Shown piece after piece: positions 28,288 through 38,958 of a stretch of 64,000 nucleotides of DNA. The notes beneath the pieces were generated by a model. That model ran no database searches and was not told where the DNA came from. It saw only the letters and a list, made by a program, of their open reading frames with translations. Position numbers and translations under genes: made by a program. The stretch comes from an uncultured virus (IMG/VR IMGVR_UViG_3300028048_002245) (taxonomy: Duplodnaviria > Heunggongvirae > Uroviricota > Caudoviricetes), in the IMG/VR virus record IMGVR_UViG_3300028048_002245; one strand, given 5' to 3'. How positions within the stretch are numbered: the first letter of the stretch is position 1; every line of letters begins with the position of its first letter.

Positions 28288-31200
28288 ATGTCAGAAGATA
28301 TCCGGCTCGAAACGAATTTCGAGCATTATATTTCACGAAAGCTACAGGAACTTTCCGATACAAGCGACTGGCAAGTAAGCCAGAACGATGACGGCTTCGA
28401 CCCTAATACCGGACTCGTAATGGACGACTTTGTGGCTTATGTCAACGCCGTATCCCCGCAGAAGATTGAAAAAATGCAGAAGGATTTCGGCGCAAACTGG
28501 AAGAGCAATCTTGAAAAGGCTCTCGTCCATTCGCTTGAAGTGGACGGGACCGTGCAGACGCTCCGTAATGGCTTTGTCATGGCTGGATACCAGACCATCG
28601 ACTGCTCCGGCCATTATCCTGATGATGTCCGCATCCCGAATATCAAGGAGAAGTATGATGCTAATATTCTCCGTGTGATGCATCAGGTGCATTATCAGAC
28701 TGCCGGGAACAAGTCTCTTGACCTTGTGTTCTTCATCAACGGCATTCCTGTCGCTACCTCGGAGATCAAGACAGAGCTGACGCAGACAGTGCAGGATGCC
28801 ATAAAGGAATACCAGACAGAACGGCGACCTGTTGAGCCTTCAACCCGCAGAAAGAACCCCCTGCTCATGTATAAACGGGGAGCCGTCGTGCATTTCGCTA
28901 TCTCCGAATCGGAGATCTGGATGTGTACGAACCTTGAGCCGGATGAACCCCATTTCCTGCCGTTCAATAAGGGCACTTCTGACGGACACGCAGGCAACGA
29001 CCCGATGAAGAAGGATGATACGGAATATCCGACCGGATATTTCTGGAACGATATCTGCAAGAAAGAGAACTGGCTCCGTATCTTCCACGACTTCATTTTT
29101 GAAAGTGTAGAGAAGAAGGAAGACGCGACCGGGCGGCTGAAAGAGGTAAAGAAGCAGCTGTTCCCCCGTTTCCATCAGTGGAACTGCGTTACCAAATGCC
29201 TGAACGATGTAAAGGAAAACGGTGTCGGTCAGCGGTATCTGATCGAACATTCTGCCGGATCTGGCAAGACAGAAACGATAAGCTGGACAGCACACGAACT
29301 TATCAATATCCGTAAGCCGGACGGTGAGAAACTGTTTTCGTCCGTTATTGTAGTTACGGACCGTGTTGGCCTCGATTCCAACATCAAGGGGACGATAAAG
29401 CAGCTTAAAAAGACACCCGGCCTTATTGAGATGATCGGCGGAGATGCGGATACCCGTCCGCAGGGAGCGAAAAATAAACAGCTTGCGCAGGCCCTTCACG
29501 ACCGCCGTGAGATCATCGTCGTTACTTTGCAGACATTCCCGTTCGCTCTGGACGAGATAGCCACGGATGATGACCTTGCAGGTGCAAACTTTGCCGTCCT
29601 TATTGATGAGGCACACTCTTCACAGACGGGTCAGTTTGCAGGCAAGATGAAGGCCGCTCTGAAACTCGCTGCGAAGGATAAATCCAAGGAAACAGGCGAT
29701 AGCGATTCCGCTGTCACCGACGAGGAAATGATCCTTGCCTACTTCAAACAGCAGCAGGAAGACCGTACATGGCCTGAAAATGTATCTTTCTTCGCTTATA
29801 CTGCAACTCCGAAGGCCGAGACAAAGACACTCTTTGGCCGCCCCGGAAGCAGGATTGATGAAAAGACCGGGCAGCCGATTCCCGAATCCTTTGACCTCTA
29901 TCCCATGCGGCAGGCCATTGAGGAGGGCTATATCATCGATGTTCTGAAAGGCTATATGCCGTATAAGACCGCATATAAGCTGAAAGAGGATGTAGCTTCA
30001 GAAAAGCTGGTAGACGAGAAATCTGCCATGCGGACTATCGCGCTCTGGGAGTCCCTGCATCCTACGAATGTCATGCAGAAGACACAGTTCATCATCGAAC
30101 ATTTCATGAAGAATGTGTCAAAGATGCTGAACGGACAGGCAAAAGCAATGATCGTCGCGGCTTCCCGTCCGGCTGTCATCCGTTACAAGTATGCCATCGA
30201 AGCTTATCTGCACGCGCACCCGGAATATGACCGTGACAAGGTAGAGGCTTCTATCCGGTTCCAGGTCCCCGGCGAGCCTCTTGTAGCGTTCTCGGGCAAG
30301 GTTACAGGCGAAATGGCTATCATGCCTGAAGACGAGAATATCGTAAATGAGGTTGACTACCTCAAGGACAACCCGTTTGCAGCCATCCGCCGCGATTATG
30401 ATTATACAGAGCAGAATGCCAACGACATCGGTTATCAGAAGGTGGAGAACGCTTTTGACAAACCCGACCACCGCATCATGGTCGTCTGCGACAAGTTCCA
30501 GACCGGATTTAACCAGCCAAAGCTCTGCGCAATGTATATCGACAAGAAGCTCTGCAATGATATTGAGATCGTACAGACCTATTCAAGAACGAACCGGAAT
30601 GCTCCTGGCAAGGACCATGTTTTCATTATCGACTTTGTAAATGACCCCGATACGGTTTATCGTGCCTTTGGCAAGTATGACCACGGGGCGGTAATGGAAC
30701 ACGCTCAAAAGCTCGAAGTTGTCTACGATACCAAAAAACGGTTGGACGAGAGCGATTTCTATACGGAAGACGAAGTAGATACCTACAAGACGGTCCGTTA
30801 TAAGGCCATAGACGCCCTTTCTGCGTCCGTAAAGGACACTTACAGGAAAAAGCTTTACCAGACTGTTTCTGCCCCCGCAGACCGCTGGAACAACGCTTAT
30901 TCGGCCAATCAGAACGCCTTCGCGACCTGGAGCCAGACAAAGGACGAAGCAGAGCGTACAGGCAACGTAGACCTGCTGAAACAGGCAGATGACAGGCTTG
31001 AAATCATCACCGCAGAACAGGAACGGCTGCTGAACTTCAAGAAAGACCTGAAGAAATACTGTTCTTCCTATACTTACATCTCGCAGGTCATTGACCTTGG
31101 AGAACCGTCTCTCGAAATCTTCTACGGCTTTGCAAAGCTCCTTCTGAAACGGCTTGATTCTACTCCGCTTGACGAGATTGATATTTCAAGCCTTGTACTG

Positions 31201-31674
31201 GCAGATTACAAGATCAATAAACTGGATGTAGAAGAGCCTTCGGACGATGATACGGCAACGTTGAAGCCTATGGGCTCCGGTTCCGGCACATCCAAGAAGA
31301 AGCAGACCTCGTTAAAGGAGATCGTTGAGAAGATCAACGAAGCGTTTGGCGCGGATGTCCCGGCTACGGAAGGTGCAAGGACCGTCAATGCCATCGTAGA
31401 CTCCGTTGCAGCCGATGATGTGAGCCGTATCCAGATCAGGAACTCGACCAACAGTAAAGAAGCTATCATCGCAGATGGACGGCTTGAAAACATTATCAAA
31501 GTGGCTGCTCTGTCGCTGAAGAACAACGAACTTGGCAAGCTCGCTGAACAGATACTAAACGATCCTCAGTCCATCCGCCCTATTGCGGAAATGATCTATG
31601 ACCTCGTAAACCAGAAAAAGCACCTTGATGTAGAAGAAATCTCCAAATATGTAAAAGAAGAAGTAAAGGAATGA
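28288..31674 (+). CDS. hsdR: Type I R-M restriction subunit
   Basis: DLVFFINGIP..E.K nuclease motif, HSAGSGKT, DEAH, TATP and QTGFNQP helicase motifs. Confidence 0.95.
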   Translation: MSEDIRLETNFEHYISRKLQELSDTSDWQVSQNDDGFDPNTGLVMDDFVAYVNAVSPQKIEKMQKDFGANWKSNLEKALVHSLEVDGTVQTLRNGFVMAGYQTIDCSGHYPDDVRIPNIKEKYDANILRVMHQVHYQTAGNKSLDLVFFINGIPVATSEIKTELTQTVQDAIKEYQTERRPVEPSTRRKNPLLMYKRGAVVHFAISESEIWMCTNLEPDEPHFLPFNKGTSDGHAGNDPMKKDDTEYPTGYFWNDICKKENWLRIFHDFIFESVEKKEDATGRLKEVKKQLFPRFHQWNCVTKCLNDVKENGVGQRYLIEHSAGSGKTETISWTAHELINIRKPDGEKLFSSVIVVTDRVGLDSNIKGTIKQLKKTPGLIEMIGGDADTRPQGAKNKQLAQALHDRREIIVVTLQTFPFALDEIATDDDLAGANFAVLIDEAHSSQTGQFAGKMKAALKLAAKDKSKETGDSDSAVTDEEMILAYFKQQQEDRTWPENVSFFAYTATPKAETKTLFGRPGSRIDEKTGQPIPESFDLYPMRQAIEEGYIIDVLKGYMPYKTAYKLKEDVASEKLVDEKSAMRTIALWESLHPTNVMQKTQFIIEHFMKNVSKMLNGQAKAMIVAASRPAVIRYKYAIEAYLHAHPEYDRDKVEASIRFQVPGEPLVAFSGKVTGEMAIMPEDENIVNEVDYLKDNPFAAIRRDYDYTEQNANDIGYQKVENAFDKPDHRIMVVCDKFQTGFNQPKLCAMYIDKKLCNDIEIVQTYSRTNRNAPGKDHVFIIDFVNDPDTVYRAFGKYDHGAVMEHAQKLEVVYDTKKRLDESDFYTEDEVDTYKTVRYKAIDALSASVKDTYRKKLYQTVSAPADRWNNAYSANQNAFATWSQTKDEAERTGNVDLLKQADDRLEIITAEQERLLNFKKDLKKYCSSYTYISQVIDLGEPSLEIFYGFAKLLLKRLDSTPLDEIDISSLVLADYKINKLDVEEPSDDDTATLKPMGSGSGTSKKKQTSLKEIVEKINEAFGADVPATEGARTVNAIVDSVAADDVSRIQIRNSTNSKEAIIADGRLENIIKVAALSLKNNELGKLAEQILNDPQSIRPIAEMIYDLVNQKKHLDVEEISKYVKEEVKE

Positions 31675-31678
31675 ACGC

Positions 31679-33049
31679 ATGGAGAATAACATTGCCCTGG
31701 CGCTTCTTGGCATAAAGGACTATGACATAAATAAGGTCGAGGATTCATACGAGAAAGGAAAACACTATAAGTTAATATCTTTATCGTACAGCGGGGCCGT
31801 TCCCGATGTATGCCCCACTTGTGGAAGTCCTCTTTATAGTCACGGAACACGGCATTTGAAAGTAAATGACACACCGCTGCAAGGCTGCCCGGTAGTCCTT
31901 GATATTGAAATACCGCGTTTCAGATGCCGAAATGATGGCGAGAAGCATGTATGGAAGCCAGATCTTTACAATATAGACGAGAATCACAAGATGACCAGGC
32001 GGGCTTTGCTGAACATTACAGAGAAGTCCATGCGGACGACATTTGAGGATACTTCTCTCGATTATGTGATGTCGCCGAACACGGTCAAAAATGTCTTTGT
32101 AGACTTTCTGGAAGACAACAAGAAGAATCTGCGGTTCAAGACTCCGCTGTTTATGGGAATTGACGAGATAAAGGTCAAAAAACTCGGGGAACTGACGGTC
32201 ATCACGGATATAGAGCATCGGACAATGTACGACATCCTGCAAGGCCGAAATCAGCGTTCTCTGACTGAATACTTTATGAATCTGCCGGACAGGGAAAAGG
32301 TACAGTGGGTCTGCTCTGATATGTACCGTCCTTTCGAGAAGTCTATTGCAACGGCAATGCCGAACGCAAGATGGGCCATTGATCATTTCCATGTCGTTAT
32401 GAAGGCCAATGAAGCCGTAGATTATGTACGCCGGGAACTTCAAAAAGTTATGACGAACAAGGACCGTATCAAGACAAAACGCGGTCTTGCCTATACATTG
32501 AAGACCAGGTTAAAGGATCTGACGCCGGAAGAAGCTGAAAAGATAAAGATTCTCAGGGATGACGGAAAGTTTTATCAACTAGCTGAAGCCTACGACTTGA
32601 AGGAGGACTTTTTCAATATCTATGACGAAAACCCTTCGTCGAAGGATAACGCACATAAGGCTTTTGAGGCGTGGGAAGCATCTATCCCGGAAGACGAGAT
32701 ATTTGATAAATTCCGTGAACTTGCTGCAACCGTGCATCACTTTGAAACACAGATATTCCAATACTGGGACTGCCCAATAGCGATCAGCAACGGTTACACG
32801 GAATGTACGAACCGCCTGATTCGTGAGAATAACCTGCGCGGCAGAGGATATTCCTTTGATGTCCTGCGGGCAAGGACGCTGTACCGGACTACTAATCTAC
32901 GGGCTATGCTTGAAAGCGGGCTTGTTGAAGTCGGCCCTGTCATTCCCGAGGACAAACCTGTTTTCCACTTTGACAGCACAAAGGAATTGGAAGATCTGGA
33001 CGACGAGGAAGATGACGACTACGAGCCGTTCCCAGACACAGAAGATTGA
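31679..33049 (+). CDS. ISL3-family transposase
   Basis: zf-ISL3 CPTCG..RFRC, GIDE, SDMY, IDHFHV and SNGYTE..N motifs. Confidence 0.92.
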   Translation: MENNIALALLGIKDYDINKVEDSYEKGKHYKLISLSYSGAVPDVCPTCGSPLYSHGTRHLKVNDTPLQGCPVVLDIEIPRFRCRNDGEKHVWKPDLYNIDENHKMTRRALLNITEKSMRTTFEDTSLDYVMSPNTVKNVFVDFLEDNKKNLRFKTPLFMGIDEIKVKKLGELTVITDIEHRTMYDILQGRNQRSLTEYFMNLPDREKVQWVCSDMYRPFEKSIATAMPNARWAIDHFHVVMKANEAVDYVRRELQKVMTNKDRIKTKRGLAYTLKTRLKDLTPEEAEKIKILRDDGKFYQLAEAYDLKEDFFNIYDENPSSKDNAHKAFEAWEASIPEDEIFDKFRELAATVHHFETQIFQYWDCPIAISNGYTECTNRLIRENNLRGRGYSFDVLRARTLYRTTNLRAMLESGLVEVGPVIPEDKPVFHFDSTKELEDLDDEEDDDYEPFPDTED

Positions 33050-33253
33050 TTTTCAACCAGAGCAACAAAAAAGCAGATGTAGGTAATCAGCCCTGCGTCT
33101 GCTTTTCATTACAATCGTTTTCAACCACTTATTGAGAAAACACGCCTTTCAAGCATTATATCTTTCAACCACTTATTGCGACCAAACGGTACAGTGATCA
33201 TCTTCAAAAAGTCGTGTTTTCAACCACTTATTTCGGATAGCCAAAAAAAATAC

Positions 33254-33300
33254 AAAAAAACAGCAGTAGATACAAGAGTATCAACTGCTGTTGTTTTTTT
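33254..33300. terminator. Bidirectional intrinsic terminator next to the insertion site
   Basis: A-run, CAGCAGT..ACTGCTG stem, T-run. Confidence 0.65.
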
Positions 33301-33356
33301 AACGATACATGATAGTTTTGCCGTTACCATCATGTACCACTGGTATCGGGACTAGC

Positions 33357-33917
33357 CTATTTGAAACAACAGGTCTTTTTGCGTATCAGTTCAATGATAG
33401 CAACAAGATCTTCCGCTATCTGTTCTGGAGTACGATATTCGTACAGTGAGAACATATAGCTATTTTTGTTCGTTCCATCCCATCTTTTGCCATTTTTTTT
33501 ATCATTTACCTTGTTGTAGAATTTAACAGGATACCCCTGCCATTCTTCGAGGTTTTTATGATAATCGTCAACGAGGATTGCATTTTTTTCGTTGACGTAT
33601 TTTGATTTGTCTTCCCCATCTGGCAAAATAATAGGGTAGACTTCCTGTAAACCTGCCTTACCGATAACTGACATTTTATCAGCTGTAGCTTCGGCAGATG
33701 GGCTGCAGGAAAGGAGGCAGTTCTTTATGTTTAATTCTGTCTCCTTGGAACGTAGCAGCTTAATAGCTTTTACTACGTTCCATTTTATTGGCAGATTAAG
33801 CCAATAATGAGGTTGTTTCCAGTCAGCTCCCTTTAGAAAGTCCAAAACAACCCCGTCAATATCCCAGTAAATGAAGAATGTCGCCTCATTTACGAGACTG
33901 TAATTCAAAGTAGCCAT
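33357..33917 (-). CDS. HAD-family 5'(3')-deoxyribonucleotidase (NT5C-like)
   Basis: WDIDGVVLDF motif I, a conserved K, ILVDDY..NL..W. Confidence 0.78.
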   Translation of the reverse strand: MATLNYSLVNEATFFIYWDIDGVVLDFLKGADWKQPHYWLNLPIKWNVVKAIKLLRSKETELNIKNCLLSCSPSAEATADKMSVIGKAGLQEVYPIILPDGEDKSKYVNEKNAILVDDYHKNLEEWQGYPVKFYNKVNDKKNGKRWDGTNKNSYMFSLYEYRTPEQIAEDLVAIIELIRKKTCCFK

Positions 33918-34008
33918 AGACCACCTTGTTCATCCCTCTCCGCATCAGAGGGATAGGACGCCTTTCTCCGTCCTTATCCCTCAGAAGAGGGGGAGTACGA
34001 CTTAGTTA

Positions 34009-36126
34009 TTACTTTACGTCAACTCCGTGAGTAAAGTAATAACTGAGCTTATCTTTTAATGTTGTCTGTCTGCTGTATGTTTCCTCATGTCCGATAGCAT
34101 AGGAAACAGCAGACTGGTCACCGACCAGGATGCACTCTTTCTTTGCACGGGTGATACCCGTGTAGATAAGATTCCTATTTAGCATCCTCATCTGGGACGG
34201 CAGTATACACATAATGACACATGCATATTCCGAACCCTGTGATTTATGGATACTCATGGAATATCCCAGTTCAAGCATATTCAGGTCTTCTTTTTCATAG
34301 GTCTGAACATTGTCTCCAAACTGGATATCAAGAGTGCAATTCTGCTCATCCACCCCTACAACTGTTCCGACATCACCATTGGCTAAGCCGTTCCAGTTCC
34401 TTGTCTGTAGCACAAGATCTCCTTCACGGAATATCCTGTTTCCACATGCTACAGATTTGCCAACAGGGTTAACGTAATACTGTGCGTAGCCATTGAGGCT
34501 GTCTACGCAGCATTTTGTCATACCTCTATGGAGGGGAGAGAGCAGTATCACCTGTTCTTTTCCATACTGTGCCACCTTTTTGCGATAGATGGTCAGTATG
34601 TCTTTGCAGGCTTCTCTGTCTTCGTCTGCCTGGTAAGCCATGAAGGTCTTACCATCAAAGATGAGGCTGTCATCTCCGACACGGATCTTTTCAGCATTAG
34701 GAATGATATTGCTGTCACCCTTTTGTCTGAACACGTCCGTAAGGCGGACAACAGGAATAAGCCCGCTTTCAATCAAATCACGCAGAACAGCACCTGCACC
34801 TACACTTGGAAGCTGATCGATATCGCCTACAAATGTAAGCTGAGAGTCATCTGATACTGACTTCATCAGGTCTCTTGCGAGCCAGATGTCGAGCATTGAT
34901 GACTCATCTACAATAACGGTAGCTTCTGTTATCGTATCAGGCTGCGGTCTGAAACTTTCTGCATCATCGATGCACAGAGCACGATGGATTGTCGTGGAAG
35001 GCAGTCCTGTTGACTCTGCAAGTTTCTTCGCCGCACGTCCGGTCGGAGCCATCAGACGCGAATCTTTACGCTTTCCGTATTTTCTACGGATATCTGTAAT
35101 GACCTGCATGATAGTGGTCTTGCCTCGACCGGGGCCTCCTGTAATAACGCTAAATCCGTTGCTTAAAGCTGCTTCAACAGCCTGTTTCTGCTGTACGGCA
35201 AGCGTCATCCCATGACACTTTTCCCATTCGATGATTTTTTCAGGTATCCCTGTTATAACATCTCCTGGGTTCTGACACAGTTCATATGCTCTTTGAGCGA
35301 TAGCATATTCTGCACCAGATGCACTCTTTCGAAGGAACAGCTTTTCCTTCTTAGAGTAAGAAAGGCGTTTGTCGATAAACTTTCTGTCTATCACGCCTCT
35401 TATCTGCTCCCGTGTATATCCGTAACGGGAGACTTTTTTAATCAGTCCTTCCAGACTGATGCCTGTGTTCCCACAGGCTTCATTTCTCTTCATCTCGAAG
35501 AGAATCTTACCCCAGATCACTTGGGGTGATTGGGCATCATAGCCGTCCTTTGCAGCGAGTTCGTCTGCAAGATGGAATGTACCACCTGGCATATCAGCGA
35601 ACTCATAAGGATCATTTACAGCCCAATCAATGGCTTTGTTTCCAGCCAGACGGTAAATCTGGCATATCTGGGTAGTGGAAAAACCCAGAGGAAACAGTTT
35701 GCAGAGAAGTCCTCGGGCACTTCTCTGTAACAGGACTTCATCAGATATGGCAAGTGCCGTTTTCTGAGTCAGTCCCCTAATTCCGACGATCTTTTCGGGT
35801 AATCTTTCAACCGTTTTAAGAGTGGCTTCTCCGAATACCCCAAAAATCGAGTCAGCTGTAATGAAGTCGCATCCGCTCTGCTGTAACAGAGTGATTACAT
35901 TCCTATGATCCGACTTTATCAGCCGTTTCATGTAGGAAACGGAGAATATTTCTCCGTACTTCGATTTTTTGACGTCACCCTCGAAGGAAGTGACGAACTT
36001 GTCCTGAGGCAGGAACTGCCCCTCGCACTTTACGGACTTCTTTGCATCAATGTCCATATACAGTGCGATTACAAAGTTGTCTTTTTTATAGATAGCTTTG
36101 TAAAAGACTCCTGTAAATTCCGCCAT
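34009..36126 (-). CDS. recD2: RecD2-like SF1B DNA helicase
   Basis: GGPGRGKTT, APTGRAA, TIHR, VDESSM, GDIDQLPSVG, SIHKSQGSEY, YTGITRA; N-terminal HhH region. Confidence 0.92.
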   Translation of the reverse strand: MAEFTGVFYKAIYKKDNFVIALYMDIDAKKSVKCEGQFLPQDKFVTSFEGDVKKSKYGEIFSVSYMKRLIKSDHRNVITLLQQSGCDFITADSIFGVFGEATLKTVERLPEKIVGIRGLTQKTALAISDEVLLQRSARGLLCKLFPLGFSTTQICQIYRLAGNKAIDWAVNDPYEFADMPGGTFHLADELAAKDGYDAQSPQVIWGKILFEMKRNEACGNTGISLEGLIKKVSRYGYTREQIRGVIDRKFIDKRLSYSKKEKLFLRKSASGAEYAIAQRAYELCQNPGDVITGIPEKIIEWEKCHGMTLAVQQKQAVEAALSNGFSVITGGPGRGKTTIMQVITDIRRKYGKRKDSRLMAPTGRAAKKLAESTGLPSTTIHRALCIDDAESFRPQPDTITEATVIVDESSMLDIWLARDLMKSVSDDSQLTFVGDIDQLPSVGAGAVLRDLIESGLIPVVRLTDVFRQKGDSNIIPNAEKIRVGDDSLIFDGKTFMAYQADEDREACKDILTIYRKKVAQYGKEQVILLSPLHRGMTKCCVDSLNGYAQYYVNPVGKSVACGNRIFREGDLVLQTRNWNGLANGDVGTVVGVDEQNCTLDIQFGDNVQTYEKEDLNMLELGYSMSIHKSQGSEYACVIMCILPSQMRMLNRNLIYTGITRAKKECILVGDQSAVSYAIGHEETYSRQTTLKDKLSYYFTHGVDVK

Positions 36127-36129
36127 AAT

Positions 36130-36407
36130 CCCTCCTTTCTAGGATGAGTTGTAGATTTGCACATTATCTACACCTCCTGACGTACAGAAAAGACGGCTCT
36201 CTTGAGCCGTCCTTTCAACAATAGACCGTTCCATTAAGGCGGGAAAGCAGAACTGATAAACAGGTCCACTCCCGTCACTTACGGGAACCATATGATGATG
36301 TCAGGAGATTAAAAACAAAAAAGCAGCCAGAAAGAAAACCTTTCTAACTGCTAAAATCTTATGACAACTATATGTAATATAATACTACATACGACGTGCA
36401 ATGTCAA
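36130..36407 (-). promoter_or_regulatory. Repeated leader L2 upstream of recD2
   Basis: TTGACA-17-TATTAT; terminator GCAGTTAGA..TCTGGCTGC-T6; divergent GGTTCCC..GGGAG..TTCCCGCC motif; second terminator near 36188..36215. Confidence 0.65.
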
Positions 36408-36804
36408 AGACAGTTATAATAAAGCACGAACCTCTGTTCATGTATCATTAATATATAAAGATAATATATAAAGAATATCAGCATCATGTTTACTTGTTTT
36501 ATTTAGCGACTGAGAAATGCTATAAAATAAAGGGTTTTCAAAGGGTTTGACGGAAGAAGAGTCATCAGGTCGTGGAAACAGGACATCTGCCTGAAAGTAA
36601 ATGGGGTAGTGCTTAACGGAAAAACAGACAGTTATGATAAAGGTCATTGCGGAACTATATGACTTTTTAACGGAAAACGGGGCAGTAGAACAAAGCTGTC
36701 ATTTCTGCTTACTGTCCTTTTTTCCGTTATAACCATATCATAACGGGTTGTGATTCTTTAACTAAATATAGCAGTCTGTGTGAATATTTTATAAAAAATA
36801 TCAG

Positions 36805-36860
36805 TTGTCAACAGTTTATCCACATAAAAATCCGTTTTATCCACATATCTCTGTGGACAA
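36805..36860. promoter_or_regulatory. DnaA-box cluster
   Basis: TTATCCACA at 36816 and 36837, TGTGGACAA at 36852 and near-match TTGTCAACA at 36805, next to an AT-rich stretch. Confidence 0.8.
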
Positions 36861-37135
36861 CTGATGTATTTTCATCATTGCGGGTGTTATATACACTATC
36901 CAGAGTCAGTAATAAGCATCGTGGAAGATATGACAGATTTAACGGAAAAACGGACACTGTAACTGATATCGCGGTATCCACGACTGTCCATTCTTCCGTT
37001 TCTGTTGTCCTGTCATGGCACAAGAATTTAAACCTCTGTCCATGATATGATTTTCTTTGCAGATTATGATTCAGAAAAAAGGATATATATCTAAAAGCAC
37101 GTTTTACAGCGTATCTGCCTGCCATATGCCTGTTT

Positions 37136-37180
37136 GTTAACAGCCCACGACACTAAAGGGTCGCCGTTTCCTCTATAAAT
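37136..37180 (-). mobile_element. Collapsed single-hairpin scar related to the IS605 element at 59514..61422
   Basis: GTTAACAGCCCACGACACTAAAGGGTCG matches that element's right end; the tail GTTTC..TAAAT resembles its left end. Confidence 0.55.
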
Positions 37181-37458
37181 TGATGAAAGTATTCCGTGTC
37201 TGTGCTGCCATTCCGAATATTTTATCACGGAAAGCAGGACATCTATTACGGAAGAACGGACAGTGACAAACGGAAAACAGGGCAGTCAGATGGAATTTTG
37301 TGTCCTTTTTTCCGCTTTATCTATTGCTTTTTGAAAACCATTAGTATAAAATCGGTTCAGGACATAAAATTTATGACCGGTTTTCCGTCAAAGACAGGCT
37401 GTATCTGATAATCAACTGCCTCCTTTTCCGCTGAACCGGATGAAAGGAGACTGTATCT

Positions 37459-38814
37459 ATGCCTGAGATTATGACCGAAGCACAGAAGAGAGCGGTAGAG
37501 GTTGAAGAAGGTCGCAATGCGATGGTCCGTAAGGATAATACTCTCATTACAGCCAAATATAAATCGCCTCTTCTTGAAAATCAGCTTACCAGCATCTGCA
37601 TATCAAGAGCAAAAGAACAGAATGGGGAATACATAGCAACTGTCACATCTTCAGAATTGAGGCATCTTTTTTCTCTTAATGATAGCAATTCCAAAATCTA
37701 TAAACGCCTGTATTCTGTTGCAAAAAACATGGCAGGCCGTACCATATCCGCAGAAGATGGGCACGGCAACTTCTCTGTAATTAGCGTAATACAGGAGGCT
37801 AGATACAAGGACGGCGTATTCTCAGTTCTCTTTTCAAAGAAGATGAAACCTCTCCTCTTTGACTTACAGGGAAAATATACATCATACGCTCTTGCAAATA
37901 TCCTTAATTTTAAAAGCGACTATTCTTTCAGAATATACGAGATAATCAGAAAAGAAGCTTTTCGCATTACAAAGACCGTACCGATCGTTACCGTAGGGTA
38001 CGGGTTGTCTGAATTTAAATGTATGATAGGCATGGTAAACATGGAATCAGACCGTATCAAAAAGGCATTACAGGAGAATCCTATTGACTGGGACAGGATA
38101 GTGGAGATGGCTCCGGAAAAATCTTATGAAAACTGGACTGATTTCAGAAGGTATGTCATAAACAAGGCTAGAGATGAGATACGCTCACAATGTGACGTAT
38201 GTTTTGATTATTCACCTGTCAAGGAAGGCCAGGGATCAAGAGTTGTCGGGATAAAGCTGTTTATCATGAAAAACGACGTGATAAACCATGATGTAAATAT
38301 CAAGGAAGAGGGTATCAAGAAGCTGAATGAAGAATATGCTGACTCACCTTATAAACCGTCTCCTGAACTGGTAGAGATGATAGGTCATAATGAACTTAAA
38401 AAGAGCGACCTTATGATGTTCCTTAAAGATGCGGGCGGGGACAATGAGTTGGTACTTGAAGCTATAAAAAAGGCAGACGGGCAGGAGAGGGTAAATAACT
38501 ACATAGGCTGGATAAGGTCATGTATACGGAGTGGAGGATATAAGGATACAGATATTCCAGTGGAATCAGGATCGTCGGAAGCTGCAAGACAGAGCGATGC
38601 TCTTAATGCAGAGATAGAGAAAGATGCAGACAAGTTTGCAGCAAGTTACTGGAAGAGGGTAAAAGATGGGGGACAGGAAAAATTTAAAGAGTTTTCGGAC
38701 TTTCTTGTGTTGAACAACTTTACCGTGGATATGTTTGAAGCCATGTATTCACCTGCTGAGTGTGGGGAGATATTCATTAAATGGGTCAAAGGAGAAAAGA
38801 TAACCCTGATGTGA
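37459..38814 (+). CDS. Rep_3 family plasmid replication initiator (replicon 2)
   Basis: K.N.LI.A.Y, YT.Y.L..I....S.YS.RIYE, Y....DF.R.VI.KA..EI and G.RV..I motifs; adjacent iterons. Confidence 0.88.
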   Translation: MPEIMTEAQKRAVEVEEGRNAMVRKDNTLITAKYKSPLLENQLTSICISRAKEQNGEYIATVTSSELRHLFSLNDSNSKIYKRLYSVAKNMAGRTISAEDGHGNFSVISVIQEARYKDGVFSVLFSKKMKPLLFDLQGKYTSYALANILNFKSDYSFRIYEIIRKEAFRITKTVPIVTVGYGLSEFKCMIGMVNMESDRIKKALQENPIDWDRIVEMAPEKSYENWTDFRRYVINKARDEIRSQCDVCFDYSPVKEGQGSRVVGIKLFIMKNDVINHDVNIKEEGIKKLNEEYADSPYKPSPELVEMIGHNELKKSDLMMFLKDAGGDNELVLEAIKKADGQERVNNYIGWIRSCIRSGGYKDTDIPVESGSSEAARQSDALNAEIEKDADKFAASYWKRVKDGGQEKFKEFSDFLVLNNFTVDMFEAMYSPAECGEIFIKWVKGEKITLM

Positions 38815-38958
38815 TATTGTTTGCTATATCAGATATGATATCTATATAAATATCATTACTGATATAGTTTTACATTTTTTATATCATCTAGGCAGAAAAA
38901 AAGACATCACACTGTATGGAACAGCATGATGTCTTTGTCTGTTATCGGTATATTTTAA

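Larger units (their letters stand above)
22253..33242 (+). mobile_element. ISL3-family transposon with passenger type I R-M operon (about 11 kb)
   Basis: Imperfect TIRs GGCTAACCGCAATTAGTGGTTGAAAA and (rc) GGCTATCCGAAATAAGTGGTTGAAAA; flanked by 8-bp AAAAAAAA at 22245..22252 and 33243..33250; ISL3 transposase at the right end. Confidence 0.88.
36545..37435. repeat. Origin 2: dispersed iterons (consensus about AACGGAAAAACGGACA) in both orientations
   Basis: Copies near 36547, 36615, 36669, 36713(rc), 36941, 36985(rc), 37247, 37269, 37301(rc), 37374(rc) and 37417(rc), upstream of the second rep gene. Confidence 0.78.

Noticed and set aside
36438..37556. Short ORFs within origin 2
   Set aside because: They overlap iterons and DnaA boxes and show no recognisable protein features.
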